Source: Planctomycetia bacterium (lineage in GTDB: Bacteria > Planctomycetota > Planctomycetia > Pirellulales > UBA1268). Taken from it: a DNA stretch of 64,000 bases. The stretch lies in contig JBJTOU010000053.1 of the NCBI GenBank assembly GCA_046074725.1, positions 1,751 through 65,750 on the forward strand, in the 5' to 3' direction. The notes under the pieces were generated by a model that saw nothing but the letters and a program-made list of their open reading frames with translations, ran no database searches and was not told where the DNA came from. Positions 27,461-36,507 of the stretch are shown in pieces. Both the position numbers and the translations under genes were made by a program. Position 1 is the first letter of the stretch. Every line of letters starts with the position of its first letter.

Positions 27461-28432
27461 TCACGGCAGGCGGATGTGCAGGAGTTTGGCCGGCATGCCG
27501 CCGGGGGAAATCGCGGTCATCGACTGCTCGCCGGCCGCTGCAGGAATGAGGACGCACGATCCCGTCGCGAGGTCGGGCAGATCCCACCGCGGATCGAGCC
27601 GGATGCCGCCGGAGAGAATCGCGAGAAAGTGGCAGCGATCGTCGTCAGGAATCGTCCATTGATCGGACACCGTGACCTCGTCCAGAAGGAAATACGGGCA
27701 GTGCACGAGTTGCCGCGGTGATGGAGCGACGCTCGTCGGGCACGAAACGGGCGCCACCGGGACGACATGGGTCACCGCTTCCAGCCCGGCGTCGATGTGC
27801 AGTGCCCGAGGCTTTCCGTCCGGACCGACACGGTTCCAATCGTGGAGACGATACGTCACGTCGCTCGACTGCTGGATCTCGGCGACCATCAGGCCCGCGC
27901 CGATGGCGTGCACGGTGCCGGCGGGAATGAAGACGCAGTCTCCGGCGCGAGGCTCGAATGAATGAAGCACGTCGGCACATCGACCGGCCCGCAGCGCCGC
28001 AGCCAGATCCTCGCGGGCCGTGCCCGGTTCGAGGCCGGCGTAGATGCGGCTCCCGGGGAGGGCGTCGATCACGTACCACGCCTCGGTTTTGCCCCGGTCG
28101 GGAGGGCTCAGCCGCGCTGCGCGGGCATCGTCAGGATGCACCTGAACCGAAAGGTCGTGGCTGGCGTCGAGGAACTTGAAGAGCAGCGGAAAGACCGAAA
28201 GCGGGGCATGACGGCCGAGCAGTTCCTGTCCACGCTGGCGGACCAGGTCACCCAGCGTCGAGCCCATGAGAGGGCCGGCGGCCACCACGCTTTGATCGGC
28301 TCCTCGATCGACCAATTCCCACGACTCCGCGTAGTCCTCGCCAGGCGGGAGTTCGCGGCCAAGCATCGTGGCGAAACGGCGGCCGCCCCAGAGATACCGG
28401 CGATAGACGGGCTTGAGGATCAGCGGATGCAT
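27461..28432 (-). CDS. manA: Type I phosphomannose isomerase (cupin)
   Basis: MHPLILKPVYRRYLWGGRR...LLFKFLDASHDLSVQVHPDD...KTEAWYVIDA...VFIPAGTVHAIG. ATG confirmed at 28430-28432. Confidence 0.85.
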   Translation of the reverse strand: MHPLILKPVYRRYLWGGRRFATMLGRELPPGEDYAESWELVDRGADQSVVAAGPLMGSTLGDLVRQRGQELLGRHAPLSVFPLLFKFLDASHDLSVQVHPDDARAARLSPPDRGKTEAWYVIDALPGSRIYAGLEPGTAREDLAAALRAGRCADVLHSFEPRAGDCVFIPAGTVHAIGAGLMVAEIQQSSDVTYRLHDWNRVGPDGKPRALHIDAGLEAVTHVVPVAPVSCPTSVAPSPRQLVHCPYFLLDEVTVSDQWTIPDDDRCHFLAILSGGIRLDPRWDLPDLATGSCVLIPAAAGEQSMTAISPGGMPAKLLHIRLP

Positions 28433-28466
28433 CGATGGCTCCCAGGCTCGCGCGAAACGAGACGGC

Positions 28467-28667
28467 TCACGGTCCGCCATAGCCTTCCAGGATTCGGCCG
28501 ATCCAGAAAGAGCATACGGAGAAGACCAGGAGCATGAGCATCTGGCCAAGCGAGATGGCGTGGTTGAGTTCTAGGACGACGGCGACGGCCGGGAGGCCAA
28601 GGCCGACGAACTGTCCGAGGCGTCCGATACCACGCATGAAAGCTGAGGATGCATGGGCCACGCCCAT
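28467..28667 (-). CDS. Possible small two-helix membrane protein
   Basis: MGVAHASSAFMRGIGRLGQFVGLGLPAVAVVLELNHAISLGQMLMLLVFSVCSFWIGRILEGYGGP has acceptable GC3 bias and ends 35 nt upstream of manA. I recognised no homology. Confidence 0.35.
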   Translation of the reverse strand: MGVAHASSAFMRGIGRLGQFVGLGLPAVAVVLELNHAISLGQMLMLLVFSVCSFWIGRILEGYGGP

Positions 28668-28859
28668 GCTGTGCCGGGGAGCGATCTGAACACACGGAAA
28701 TCTGAAGTAACCGCGAATCATATGCGGTCGCCAGCCGTCCCCCAAAGAGTCGAAGCGAACGTCCGTCGCATGGCATGGGCATCCCAAGCCGGCATGAACC
28801 GTCTTTTTCGCCGGCTTTCTGCCATTGGGCCGCCGTTGGGAGGCTCCTACACTCCCCCC

Positions 28860-29150
28860 ATGCGACGCGGCCGCTCTTCCCGACATGGCACGGTCCTATG
28901 GCTCGTCTTCGGTGGCGTGGCTGCCGCATCGGCCTTCTCGGGCTGCGCGTCGCTCGGAAAGCCGCACTGGATGGCCTCTGGGCCGGCGCCGTCCCAGCGT
29001 CGTCGGGCCGTGCGGTTCGACCCCTACCTGCAGGACGACATCGCCCCCTCCGTCCTGAGGGTCCCGCTCAACGACGGCACCCGCCCTCGCGACTTCGCCG
29101 AGCCGATGCCCGAGGTCGAGCGTTCGAGATGGTGGTCGGCCGTGAGATGA
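28860..29150 (+). CDS. Small putative lipoprotein
   Basis: MRRGRSSRHGTVLWLVFGGVAAASAFSGCASLGK has a lipobox (FSGC). GC3-rich, 96 aa. Confidence 0.55.
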   Translation: MRRGRSSRHGTVLWLVFGGVAAASAFSGCASLGKPHWMASGPAPSQRRRAVRFDPYLQDDIAPSVLRVPLNDGTRPRDFAEPMPEVERSRWWSAVR

Positions 29151-29180
29151 CCGGAACCAGATGGCGTGTATGATCTTCTC

Positions 29181-30206
29181 ATGCCATCCAGCCATTCCTA
29201 CCGTCCCTCACGAATCACCTCCCGTCGCTCCACTCGGTCCGCCACGACCGCTGCGACCAACGCCGCAACGCCCCGCGCTGGCCGCGGACGGTCCGAGGAG
29301 GATGGTCTCGAGCGGCTTCAAAAGGTGCTGGCGGCAGCCGGGCTCGGCAGCCGCCGCAGTTGTGAGGAATTGATCACGCAGGGCCGGGTCGAAGTCGATC
29401 GTCGGGTCGTGTCTGAACTGGGCGCCCGCGTCGATCCACGGAAACAGGAGATCCGGGTCGATGGTGAGCGGCTCCCCAATCCAAAGCGGGTCGTCTACAT
29501 GCTCAACAAGCCCGTCGGCACGGTCACGACGAACTACGACCCGTCGGGCCGACCACGCGTGGTCGATCTCGTGCCCGGCGACCAGCGGCTCTTTGCGATA
29601 GGCCGCCTCGACCGAATGAGCGAGGGCCTCATCCTCGTGACCAACGACGGCGAACTGGCCAATCTGCTGGCGCATCCCCGCTACGGGGTCGAAAAGAAAT
29701 ACCTCGTGCAGGTGGCCGGCGTACCGGGGCCCGACGTACTCGAGTCGCTTCGACGCGGCGTTCGGCTGGCCGAGGGCAGCGTGCATGCCAAGCGGGTCGA
29801 AGTGCGCTCCCAGCACAAGGACAGCACGGTGCTGGAGATGGTGCTCGACGAGGGCAAGAACCGGGAGATCCGTCGCATGCTCGCCCGGCTCGGGCACAAG
29901 GTGCATCAGCTCAAGCGAGTGGCCGTCGGTGCGCTCTCCCTCGGCAACGTGCTCCCCGGGCAGTGGCGGCAGCTGTCGTGGAGTGAGATCGAGTCGCTCC
30001 GGAAAGACGCCGAAGAGGCGGTTGGCCCACAGCGGCCGGGGCGGCGATCACCGCCCCGGGACCGCGCCGGGGTCGGCCCTGGCCGCCACGGCTCGAAACC
30101 GGGGCCCGGGGCACGATCCAGTCGGAGCGGAGCGAAACCGCCGCAGGCGGGTCAGCCCCGCCGGAGACGTCGGCCAGGAAAGGCATCGTCATGGCGGAAA
30201 CACTGA
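29181..30206 (+). CDS. rluB: Pseudouridine synthase, RsuA/RluB family, with an Arg/Gly/Pro-rich tail
   Basis: S4 domain LQKVLAAAGLGSRRSCEELITQGRVEVD. Catalytic region LFAIGRLDRMSEGLILVTNDGELAN. The track start at 29166 is GTG; the ATG is at 29181. Confidence 0.85.
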   Translation: MPSSHSYRPSRITSRRSTRSATTAATNAATPRAGRGRSEEDGLERLQKVLAAAGLGSRRSCEELITQGRVEVDRRVVSELGARVDPRKQEIRVDGERLPNPKRVVYMLNKPVGTVTTNYDPSGRPRVVDLVPGDQRLFAIGRLDRMSEGLILVTNDGELANLLAHPRYGVEKKYLVQVAGVPGPDVLESLRRGVRLAEGSVHAKRVEVRSQHKDSTVLEMVLDEGKNREIRRMLARLGHKVHQLKRVAVGALSLGNVLPGQWRQLSWSEIESLRKDAEEAVGPQRPGRRSPPRDRAGVGPGRHGSKPGPGARSSRSGAKPPQAGQPRRRRRPGKASSWRKH

Positions 30207-31063
30207 TTGACGCGGCATGTCCCGCCATCTGCTACGCCGACACGGCCTCGTATGCGACCGCCTCGATCGTGTCCCATGCCCGGGTCGCGGAGCGCACCTA
30301 TCGCCTCCGACTGAATTGCCCCGAGCTGGCAGGCCGCGCCCTGCCGGGCCAGTTCGCGATGATCCGCATCCCGCATCGCTTCGATCCGCTGCTGGCCCGC
30401 CCTCTGGCTGTCTACGATACCCATGCCGGCGGACAGCACGCCGACTTCCTCTACCTCGTCCACGGCAAGTTCACGACGGCTCTGAAGGATCTGCCTGTCG
30501 GTGAGGAACTTGTCGTCTGGGGACCGCTGGGCAACGGGTTCGACCCGCCCGCTGTCGATCATCTCGTGCTGGTTGCCGGCGGCATCGGCCAAACGGCGGT
30601 CCTGGCGCTCGGACGAGAACGGCTCGGCAACGCCTGCTACGGCAGCCCGGTCCGCAAGGCGCCGCACGCCAAGCGGGTCACCCTGTGCTGGGGGGCGAGG
30701 CACCAGGGCATGTTTGGAGATGTCGATGACTTCCGCCGTGCCGGCATCGACGTGCACCTTGCCACGCTCGATGGATCAGCCGGCCGAAAGGGAACCGTGG
30801 TCGATCTGCTCGGTGACGTCACCCGGGGCGATGAGTCGATGCGGATCGCCTGCTGCGGCCCGGAGCCGATGATGGAGGCCGTGACGAACTGGGCCCGTGG
30901 CCATGGTGTGCCGTGCGACGTGTCGCTCGAGGCGCCGATGGCCTGTGGCATCGGCATCTGCTTCACGTGCGTGGCAAAGGTTCGGGATGCCTCGGGCGGC
31001 TGGGACTACCGTCGCACCTGCATCGAAGGCCCCGTCTTCGACGGCACGATGATCGAGTGGTGA
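30191..31063 (+). CDS. pyrK: Dihydroorotate dehydrogenase electron-transfer subunit (PyrK-like)
   Basis: ALPGQFAMIRI, LVWGPLGNGF, LVAGGIGQTAV, and C-terminal 2Fe-2S cysteines MACGIGICFTCV. It overlaps the rluB end by 16 nt. Confidence 0.8.
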   Translation: MAETLIDAACPAICYADTASYATASIVSHARVAERTYRLRLNCPELAGRALPGQFAMIRIPHRFDPLLARPLAVYDTHAGGQHADFLYLVHGKFTTALKDLPVGEELVVWGPLGNGFDPPAVDHLVLVAGGIGQTAVLALGRERLGNACYGSPVRKAPHAKRVTLCWGARHQGMFGDVDDFRRAGIDVHLATLDGSAGRKGTVVDLLGDVTRGDESMRIACCGPEPMMEAVTNWARGHGVPCDVSLEAPMACGIGICFTCVAKVRDASGGWDYRRTCIEGPVFDGTMIEW

Positions 31064-31086
31064 CGATCTCGGCGGCTAGATCGCAT

Positions 31087-31257
31087 CCGGCCTACGTGTA
31101 TGGCCGGCTCGGGGGCGGCAAAAGTCGCCGATGGGCGGTCCTGCGGATTGTCGCGGGGCGAGGATACGCCCAACGCTCCTCGAGCGTTCGCCGACCCCCT
31201 CGCCTACCTTTCTCAGTCAGTTTGTCAGATTGTCGCTAGAGCGATCTGGAGTGCGTT
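31087..31257 (-). repeat. Copy 2 of the ~170-nt dispersed element (sense orientation relative to rpsT)
   Basis: Its reverse complement aligns to 10757-10923 at roughly 90% identity. It ends against the rpsT stop codon (TAG, 31258-31260). Internal hairpins are at 31087-31107 (CCGGCC N9 GGCCGG), 31126-31137 and 31172-31188 (AACGCTC CTC GAGCGTT). Confidence 0.85.
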
Positions 31258-31524
31258 CTACCCCTTGGCCGCCTTCAGGCGGGCGGAGAGGCGGGACTTG
31301 ATCCGGGCCGCTCGATTCTTGTGAATCCTGTTCTTGCTGGCGGCCTGGTCGGCTTTCTTGGCGACTGCCCGGAACTGCTCCGTCGCGGCGGAGACGTCAC
31401 CGGATGAAACTGACTGCAGCACTTTCCGTATCTGCTTCTTGATCTCAGACTTCGTGGAACGATTCCGCTCACGGTTCCGGAGGTTTTGGCGGTGACGTTT
31501 CTTTGCGCTGGCCGAGTGGGGCAT
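31258..31524 (-). CDS. rpsT: 30S ribosomal protein S20
   Basis: MPHSASAKKRHRQNLRNRERNRSTKSEIKKQIRKV... Confidence 0.92.
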   Translation of the reverse strand: MPHSASAKKRHRQNLRNRERNRSTKSEIKKQIRKVLQSVSSGDVSAATEQFRAVAKKADQAASKNRIHKNRAARIKSRLSARLKAAKG

Positions 31525-31611
31525 TCCAAATCTTTCTGCTGGCTGGGGTTGCAAGGGGCTGGTTCGACAGGAAGATCGCCTGCGGCCGCGAGGCCGGCGG
31601 ACTCCCGACGA

Positions 31612-33048
31612 TCACACCGCCCCTTTATCCTTTCCCGAGGCCAACTTGTCCAGCCGTTGGGCCACGTCCCGGTAGCCGAAGTCGAGCCCGCCGAGCTCCG
31701 AAAGGTATTTCTGGGCCAGGTCGACGTCGCCCGTTGCCATCGACAGGACCCCAGCCCGGTAGAGGGCCCGCTTGCGCAGGTCGATTTCACGGTCGGTCAG
31801 GGTGTCGATGGCGGCCTGGTAGTTCCGTAGCGCCAGCGGGTATTGCTTGATCTTCTGGAAGCACTCGCCCAGTTCCAGTGACACCTGTCCCTTGCGACGG
31901 CTATCCTGGAGCACGTCCTGAAAATGCTTGATGGCCTCAGGCACATTGCCGGCCGCCTTGAGCCGCACCGCCAGCTCGTACCGCCACGTCATATTCTCTG
32001 GATACCGCTGGCACCGGGCCGCGTAGACCTGAATCTCCTGTTGGATCTGCGCCACGCGAAGCTGCTCGAGCGTAGCCCGGTGCGCGGGAGTGTCTTCTGC
32101 CTCGAGATTCTTTTCCGCGACGTGCACCCGGTACCGCCCCCACCGGAGCTGCCGGTCCTCGAGATGCTCACGCACCTTGATGTCGTTGCCCGAAGCCGCC
32201 AACGCCGTGTGCAAAAGTTTTTCCGCTTCCTCGATCGTCGCCTCGGCCTCAAGGATATCGGCGAGCTCGAGATAAGGATCGATCTGGGCGGGGTCGGTGG
32301 CGATGGCTTCCCGCAACTCGGCCAATCGCAACTTCCCTGCGGGCTTCGCCTCTGCTTCCCCCTCATCGACAGCCGAGGTCTTGGAAGCGGGAGCCGCGGC
32401 GGGCCGACCCTCGGTGCCACGCATCCTGGTGGATGTCTTTTCGACCTGAAGTTTCGTGATCTTCCGATCCGCCTCCTCGGCATGCCCCTTGACGGTCTTG
32501 ATCCGCTCCCAGCAGGCAATGGCCTGATCGTATTCGCCACGGGCCTCGAGATACTCGGCACAGACGCGATTCACCTCCGCATCGCCGGGAGCGGCGTCGA
32601 GCGCCGCCCGCAGATACACCCGCTGCGTCTCCTGAAAGTTGAGCTGCTTGCACGCATGAGACATGGCGAGCAGCGTTCCATGATCTCCGGGCGACGATGT
32701 GAGGATTTCGATCCCCTTCTTGAGAACCTCGAGCCATTGCCCTGCGGCGGCCGACTTCTTCAAGCCACCCCTGGCGCCGGCGGAAAACAACACCCCGAGC
32801 CCGCCTGCCTTCTTTCCGGCAAACTTCCTCTTGAGAACGGTGAGCAGCCCCTGAAGGTAGATCGCGTTGGCCGGATCACCGAGAACGCACGCCGTGAACA
32901 TCTCGATCGCGTAGTCCACGTTGGTCGCCGCCTTCTGCTCGCCCGCCAGAAAGCATTTCTGCAGCCGCCTCCGCTCGGACTCCGGAAGAGCCGTCTGGTG
33001 CGACTGCACGACGATCTGACCAGAGGTGGAGGGTGTCGAGTCAGGCAT
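31612..33048 (-). CDS. TPR repeat protein
   Basis: ATG confirmed at 33046-33048 (MPDSTPSTSGQIV). Multiple TPR-like units, for example YLRAALDAAPGDAEVNRVCAEYLEARGEYDQAIACWERI. Confidence 0.75.
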   Translation of the reverse strand: MPDSTPSTSGQIVVQSHQTALPESERRRLQKCFLAGEQKAATNVDYAIEMFTACVLGDPANAIYLQGLLTVLKRKFAGKKAGGLGVLFSAGARGGLKKSAAAGQWLEVLKKGIEILTSSPGDHGTLLAMSHACKQLNFQETQRVYLRAALDAAPGDAEVNRVCAEYLEARGEYDQAIACWERIKTVKGHAEEADRKITKLQVEKTSTRMRGTEGRPAAAPASKTSAVDEGEAEAKPAGKLRLAELREAIATDPAQIDPYLELADILEAEATIEEAEKLLHTALAASGNDIKVREHLEDRQLRWGRYRVHVAEKNLEAEDTPAHRATLEQLRVAQIQQEIQVYAARCQRYPENMTWRYELAVRLKAAGNVPEAIKHFQDVLQDSRRKGQVSLELGECFQKIKQYPLALRNYQAAIDTLTDREIDLRKRALYRAGVLSMATGDVDLAQKYLSELGGLDFGYRDVAQRLDKLASGKDKGAV

Positions 33049-33198
33049 CGTGGACGGACCAATACGCTGCCGCGGCGCACGGGGACGCACACGGGGGCCA
33101 AGGGAACATGAGGAACCAGGATTCTGGCAGTGACCTGCTGCCCCGCCAAGCCCCGGGCCGCCCCACCCATGCCATTTGGCGGTATCATCGGTCCTCGC

Positions 33199-34776
33199 AT
33201 GCAGTCCACGACATCCACGCGCACGTTCGGAAGGGTGATCTTCGTCGGAGCCGGCCCCGGCCATCCCGACCTGATGACGGTCCGTGCGCGGAAGATCCTC
33301 GAAGCGTCCGACGTCGTGGTCCACGACGTACTCGTGCCGAGAGAACTCCTGTCCATGGTGAATCCGTCGGCCGAACTGATCGCCGTGCCACGCGACGTCC
33401 CGGTCGGGAGCGACCCCGGAACCGCGATCGGGACGATGCTGGCCGAACTGGCGGCCTCAGGCCGCACCGTGGTCCGGCTCAAAGGGGGTGATCCGACGGT
33501 CTTCGCCCGCCTCGCCGAAGAACTCCAGCCGTTGCAGCAGGCGGGAATCGCCATCGAGATCGTTCCCGGCGTGACCGCCGTCCTCGCCGCCGCCGCGGCC
33601 GCCGGCATTCCGCTGACCAGTCGCACCACCGCCTCGAGCGCGACGCTGATCACAGGCCACGAGGCCGATGCCAAGGAATCGGCCATCGACTTTAAGGCCC
33701 TCGTCGAACTCACCGGTACGATCGCCGTCTACATGGGCGTGGACCAGGCAGACGCATGGTCCACGGCACTCCTCGATGCCGGCATGCGTCGCGACACCCC
33801 CGTGACGATCGTCAGCCGTTGCTCATGGCCCGATCAGCAGATCGCCGTGACGTCCCTCGAGCGGTGTGCCGCCGATTTCGCCCACCACAAGTGGCGTCCC
33901 CCTGCGGTGGCCATCGTTGGGGGTGTGGCCCATGGGCCGCTGTCCGGACTCGCACGCCATCGACCACTCGAGGGACGGCGGGTCCTCTCGCCGCGGCCAG
34001 CCGGTCAAGGTGAGCCGCTGGGGGCCCTCGTGGCGGAACACGGAGGCTGCTGCATCAACCTGCCCGCCATCCGGATCGAGCCACCGGCGTCGTGGGATCA
34101 GCTCGACGAGTCAATCCGTAGTGCCGACACGTTCGACTGGATCGTTTTCTCGAGCGGCAATGGTGTCAGGGCATTCCTCACGAGACTCCGGGCCCTCGGC
34201 CGAGACGGACGATCCCTCGGAACGGTACGGCTGGCCGCCGTCGGACCGGCCACCGCGCGAGCCCTCGAAGATGGCGGGTATGCCTGCGACCTGGTCCCGG
34301 CCTCGTTCCGCGCCGAAGGACTCGTCGAGGCGTTGGCCGTGGTGGCTGCGGGGGGCCGTTTTCTGCTCGTTCGAGCCGATCAGGGAAGGGACGTTCTTCG
34401 CCACGCCCTCGACGCAGCCGGCCACGACGTCACGGAGGCGGTCGCCTACCGCAGCACGGCGATCGAATCGCTCGATGCCGCCGCGAAGTCGATGCTCGAT
34501 GGCTGCCCGATCGACTGGATCGTCATCACCAGTCCGGCGATCGCCGCGGCCTCAGCCTCGCTCTTCGGCCCGTGGATGAGGGCATGGAACGTCGCGAGCA
34601 TCAGCCCGCTGACATCGGCCGCGCTGGCCCGGGAGGGCTTCCAGCCCACCGTCGAGGCTGCAGAGTCCACGGCCGAGGCGATCGTCGAGGCGATGATCGC
34701 CTGGGAACTTGCCCACGCGGACCAAACGTCACGGAAGGAAGGGTCGTCGCAGGCGACAGGATCGGACACGACCTGA
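33199..34776 (+). CDS. cobA: Bifunctional uroporphyrinogen-III C-methyltransferase / uroporphyrinogen-III synthase (CobA-HemD fusion)
   Basis: The N-terminal half has GRVIFVGAGPGHPDLMTVRA, VRLKGGDPTVFARLAEE and VPGVTAVLAAAAAAGIPLT. The C-terminal half is HemD-like: WIVFSSGNGVRAF, LAAVGPATARALE, WIVITSPAIA. Confidence 0.85.
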   Translation: MQSTTSTRTFGRVIFVGAGPGHPDLMTVRARKILEASDVVVHDVLVPRELLSMVNPSAELIAVPRDVPVGSDPGTAIGTMLAELAASGRTVVRLKGGDPTVFARLAEELQPLQQAGIAIEIVPGVTAVLAAAAAAGIPLTSRTTASSATLITGHEADAKESAIDFKALVELTGTIAVYMGVDQADAWSTALLDAGMRRDTPVTIVSRCSWPDQQIAVTSLERCAADFAHHKWRPPAVAIVGGVAHGPLSGLARHRPLEGRRVLSPRPAGQGEPLGALVAEHGGCCINLPAIRIEPPASWDQLDESIRSADTFDWIVFSSGNGVRAFLTRLRALGRDGRSLGTVRLAAVGPATARALEDGGYACDLVPASFRAEGLVEALAVVAAGGRFLLVRADQGRDVLRHALDAAGHDVTEAVAYRSTAIESLDAAAKSMLDGCPIDWIVITSPAIAAASASLFGPWMRAWNVASISPLTSAALAREGFQPTVEAAESTAEAIVEAMIAWELAHADQTSRKEGSSQATGSDTT

Positions 34777-34923
34777 ACGGTTCTCGGTGACCGTCATGTC
34801 TTTTCCGCCGGTTCATGCGTGGCACCGAAACTGGAGCGGCCGGGCAAGCGGCGTCGATATCCCCGCCGGGCGTCGAGGCCATCAGCGTGGCCGCCGTCCG
34901 GTTTGCAGACGCGGGGAAGACAC

Positions 34924-35655
34924 ATGGCGCGACACTCCACTCCTTCCGTGGCGATCATTCTCTGCCCGATTCCCGACGGCATCACGGCGAGGGAAGTGAC
35001 GGCCTGGCTCAGCCCCGCTGGAACCGACGACGTGCCCGTGACCTGGACCACGACGCTCGAGAAGCTCCCTGCGGTGCGGGATGCAGCCCATGCCTCACTC
35101 CGAGCCTCCACGCCCACGCTCGCACTTGATCTTTCGACGCCGTGGCCGACGACGCGCCAGTCACTCCGGCACACGCTCCGGTCAGCCCGCGCACTCTGGC
35201 CCGGGCTCGATGCCGCGGTGTTTCGTGGTCCGATATCGCTCGAGCACCGCGATGTCCTCGTGCAGGAGGGCATCACCACCGCTGTGGTGGATCGATTCGA
35301 TCCCCAGTCCCGCGGCAGCCGCCGTCCGGCGCCTCGAGGATGGCCATGCCGAAGCGTGGCCTGGGGGCTGTGGGAAGTGTCCCTCGGCCAGGCGGCACGT
35401 CCCCCGCTCCTCACGAGCCTTGTCCGTTGGCGCGGCGGCAGCCGGAAGGGCGGGCTGACCGTCCTGCACGCTGCGCCATCCGGAGATCATCCCTCCGCCA
35501 CCACGATCCGATCCCGCCTGGAGCGGCAGCGTGCCTGGATCCGGCGGCGGTCGCGCGGGGGCTCGGTGCGGCCCGTGCGGCTCTCGGACCTGCCATCGAT
35601 CATCGCCGGGGCGGAGGATGCCACTCTCCGCGGATCGGTGCTCCGTGCCGCCTGA
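34924..35655 (+). CDS. Hypothetical protein
   Basis: ATG 34924 (MARHSTPSVAIILCPIPDGITAREV...). It has the best coding-like frame in this interval. I recognised no family. Confidence 0.5.
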   Translation: MARHSTPSVAIILCPIPDGITAREVTAWLSPAGTDDVPVTWTTTLEKLPAVRDAAHASLRASTPTLALDLSTPWPTTRQSLRHTLRSARALWPGLDAAVFRGPISLEHRDVLVQEGITTAVVDRFDPQSRGSRRPAPRGWPCRSVAWGLWEVSLGQAARPPLLTSLVRWRGGSRKGGLTVLHAAPSGDHPSATTIRSRLERQRAWIRRRSRGGSVRPVRLSDLPSIIAGAEDATLRGSVLRAA

Positions 35656-35686
35656 CGGCTTCGGCACGATGGCCCACCGAGAAAGG

Positions 35687-35911
35687 CTACGCCCCCGTTC
35701 TGTCGATCAGCGACCAACTCAAATAGCCCACGATCAGGCTGCTGACCAGGAAGCCGACATCGGCGGCGATGCTCACCCGGCCGAACGGAAATCCGGCCGC
35801 GAGATCGGCCAGAAAGACGATTCCAACCAAGCCTGCGACGACCATACCGATCAGCGGCAGCAGTTTCGACACGGGCGAATTCCTCGGCTCTGCACACGAA
35901 CGCCGCGGCAT
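35687..35911 (-). CDS. Small hydrophobic membrane protein (74 aa)
   Basis: MPRRSCAEPRNSPVSKLLPLIGMVVAGLVGIVFLADLAAGFPFGRVSIAADVGFLVSSLIVGYLSWSL has two predicted helices. Confidence 0.5.
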   Translation of the reverse strand: MPRRSCAEPRNSPVSKLLPLIGMVVAGLVGIVFLADLAAGFPFGRVSIAADVGFLVSSLIVGYLSWSLIDRTGA

Positions 35912-35997
35912 ACCATAATCGAAGTGGTCGCAGTTCGATATCGCAGCCTTCTCGTCACGCCGTTCCCCGCTGCCACAGCCTGCCGGAGACCCCCATC

Positions 35998-36507
35998 GTG
36001 CCCCCCCTCGGCCCGCCACGAACCGCCGTCTATACGGGCTCCTTCGACCCCGTCACGCTCGGCCACCTCGACGTCATCGAGCGGGCCAGCCGGATCTTCG
36101 ACCGGCTCGTTGTCGGCGTCGGAATCAACCCAGACAAACACTCGATGTTTTCCCTGGACGAGCGGGTGGCCTTGGTGCGGGCCTCGGTGGCCCATCTGAC
36201 CAACGTCACCGTCAAATCCTTCAGCGGCCTGTCGGTGGCCTTCGTGAGAGAGCAGGGATCCAGCGTGCTCCTCCGTGGTGTCCGTTCCCTGACCGACATC
36301 GAGGCGGAGTTCACGATGACGCTCGCCAACCGCAAGCTTGACCCCACGGTCGAGACGGTCTTTCTCATGGCCGACGCGCAGTATTCCCACATCTCCTCGT
36401 CGCTTCTGAAGCAGATCACGCCGCTGGCCGACGACGACGCGCTGCTGCGATTCGTCCCGCGGCCGGTCGTCGCGTCGCTGCGAAGCAAGCTCGCCGGACA
36501 AAACTGA
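35998..36507 (+). CDS. coaD: Phosphopantetheine adenylyltransferase
   Basis: TAVYTGSFDPVTLGHLDVIERAS, then SDIEAEF-type region TDIEAEFTMTLANRKL and ISSSLLKQI. GTG start at 35998. Confidence 0.9.
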   Translation: MPPLGPPRTAVYTGSFDPVTLGHLDVIERASRIFDRLVVGVGINPDKHSMFSLDERVALVRASVAHLTNVTVKSFSGLSVAFVREQGSSVLLRGVRSLTDIEAEFTMTLANRKLDPTVETVFLMADAQYSHISSSLLKQITPLADDDALLRFVPRPVVASLRSKLAGQN

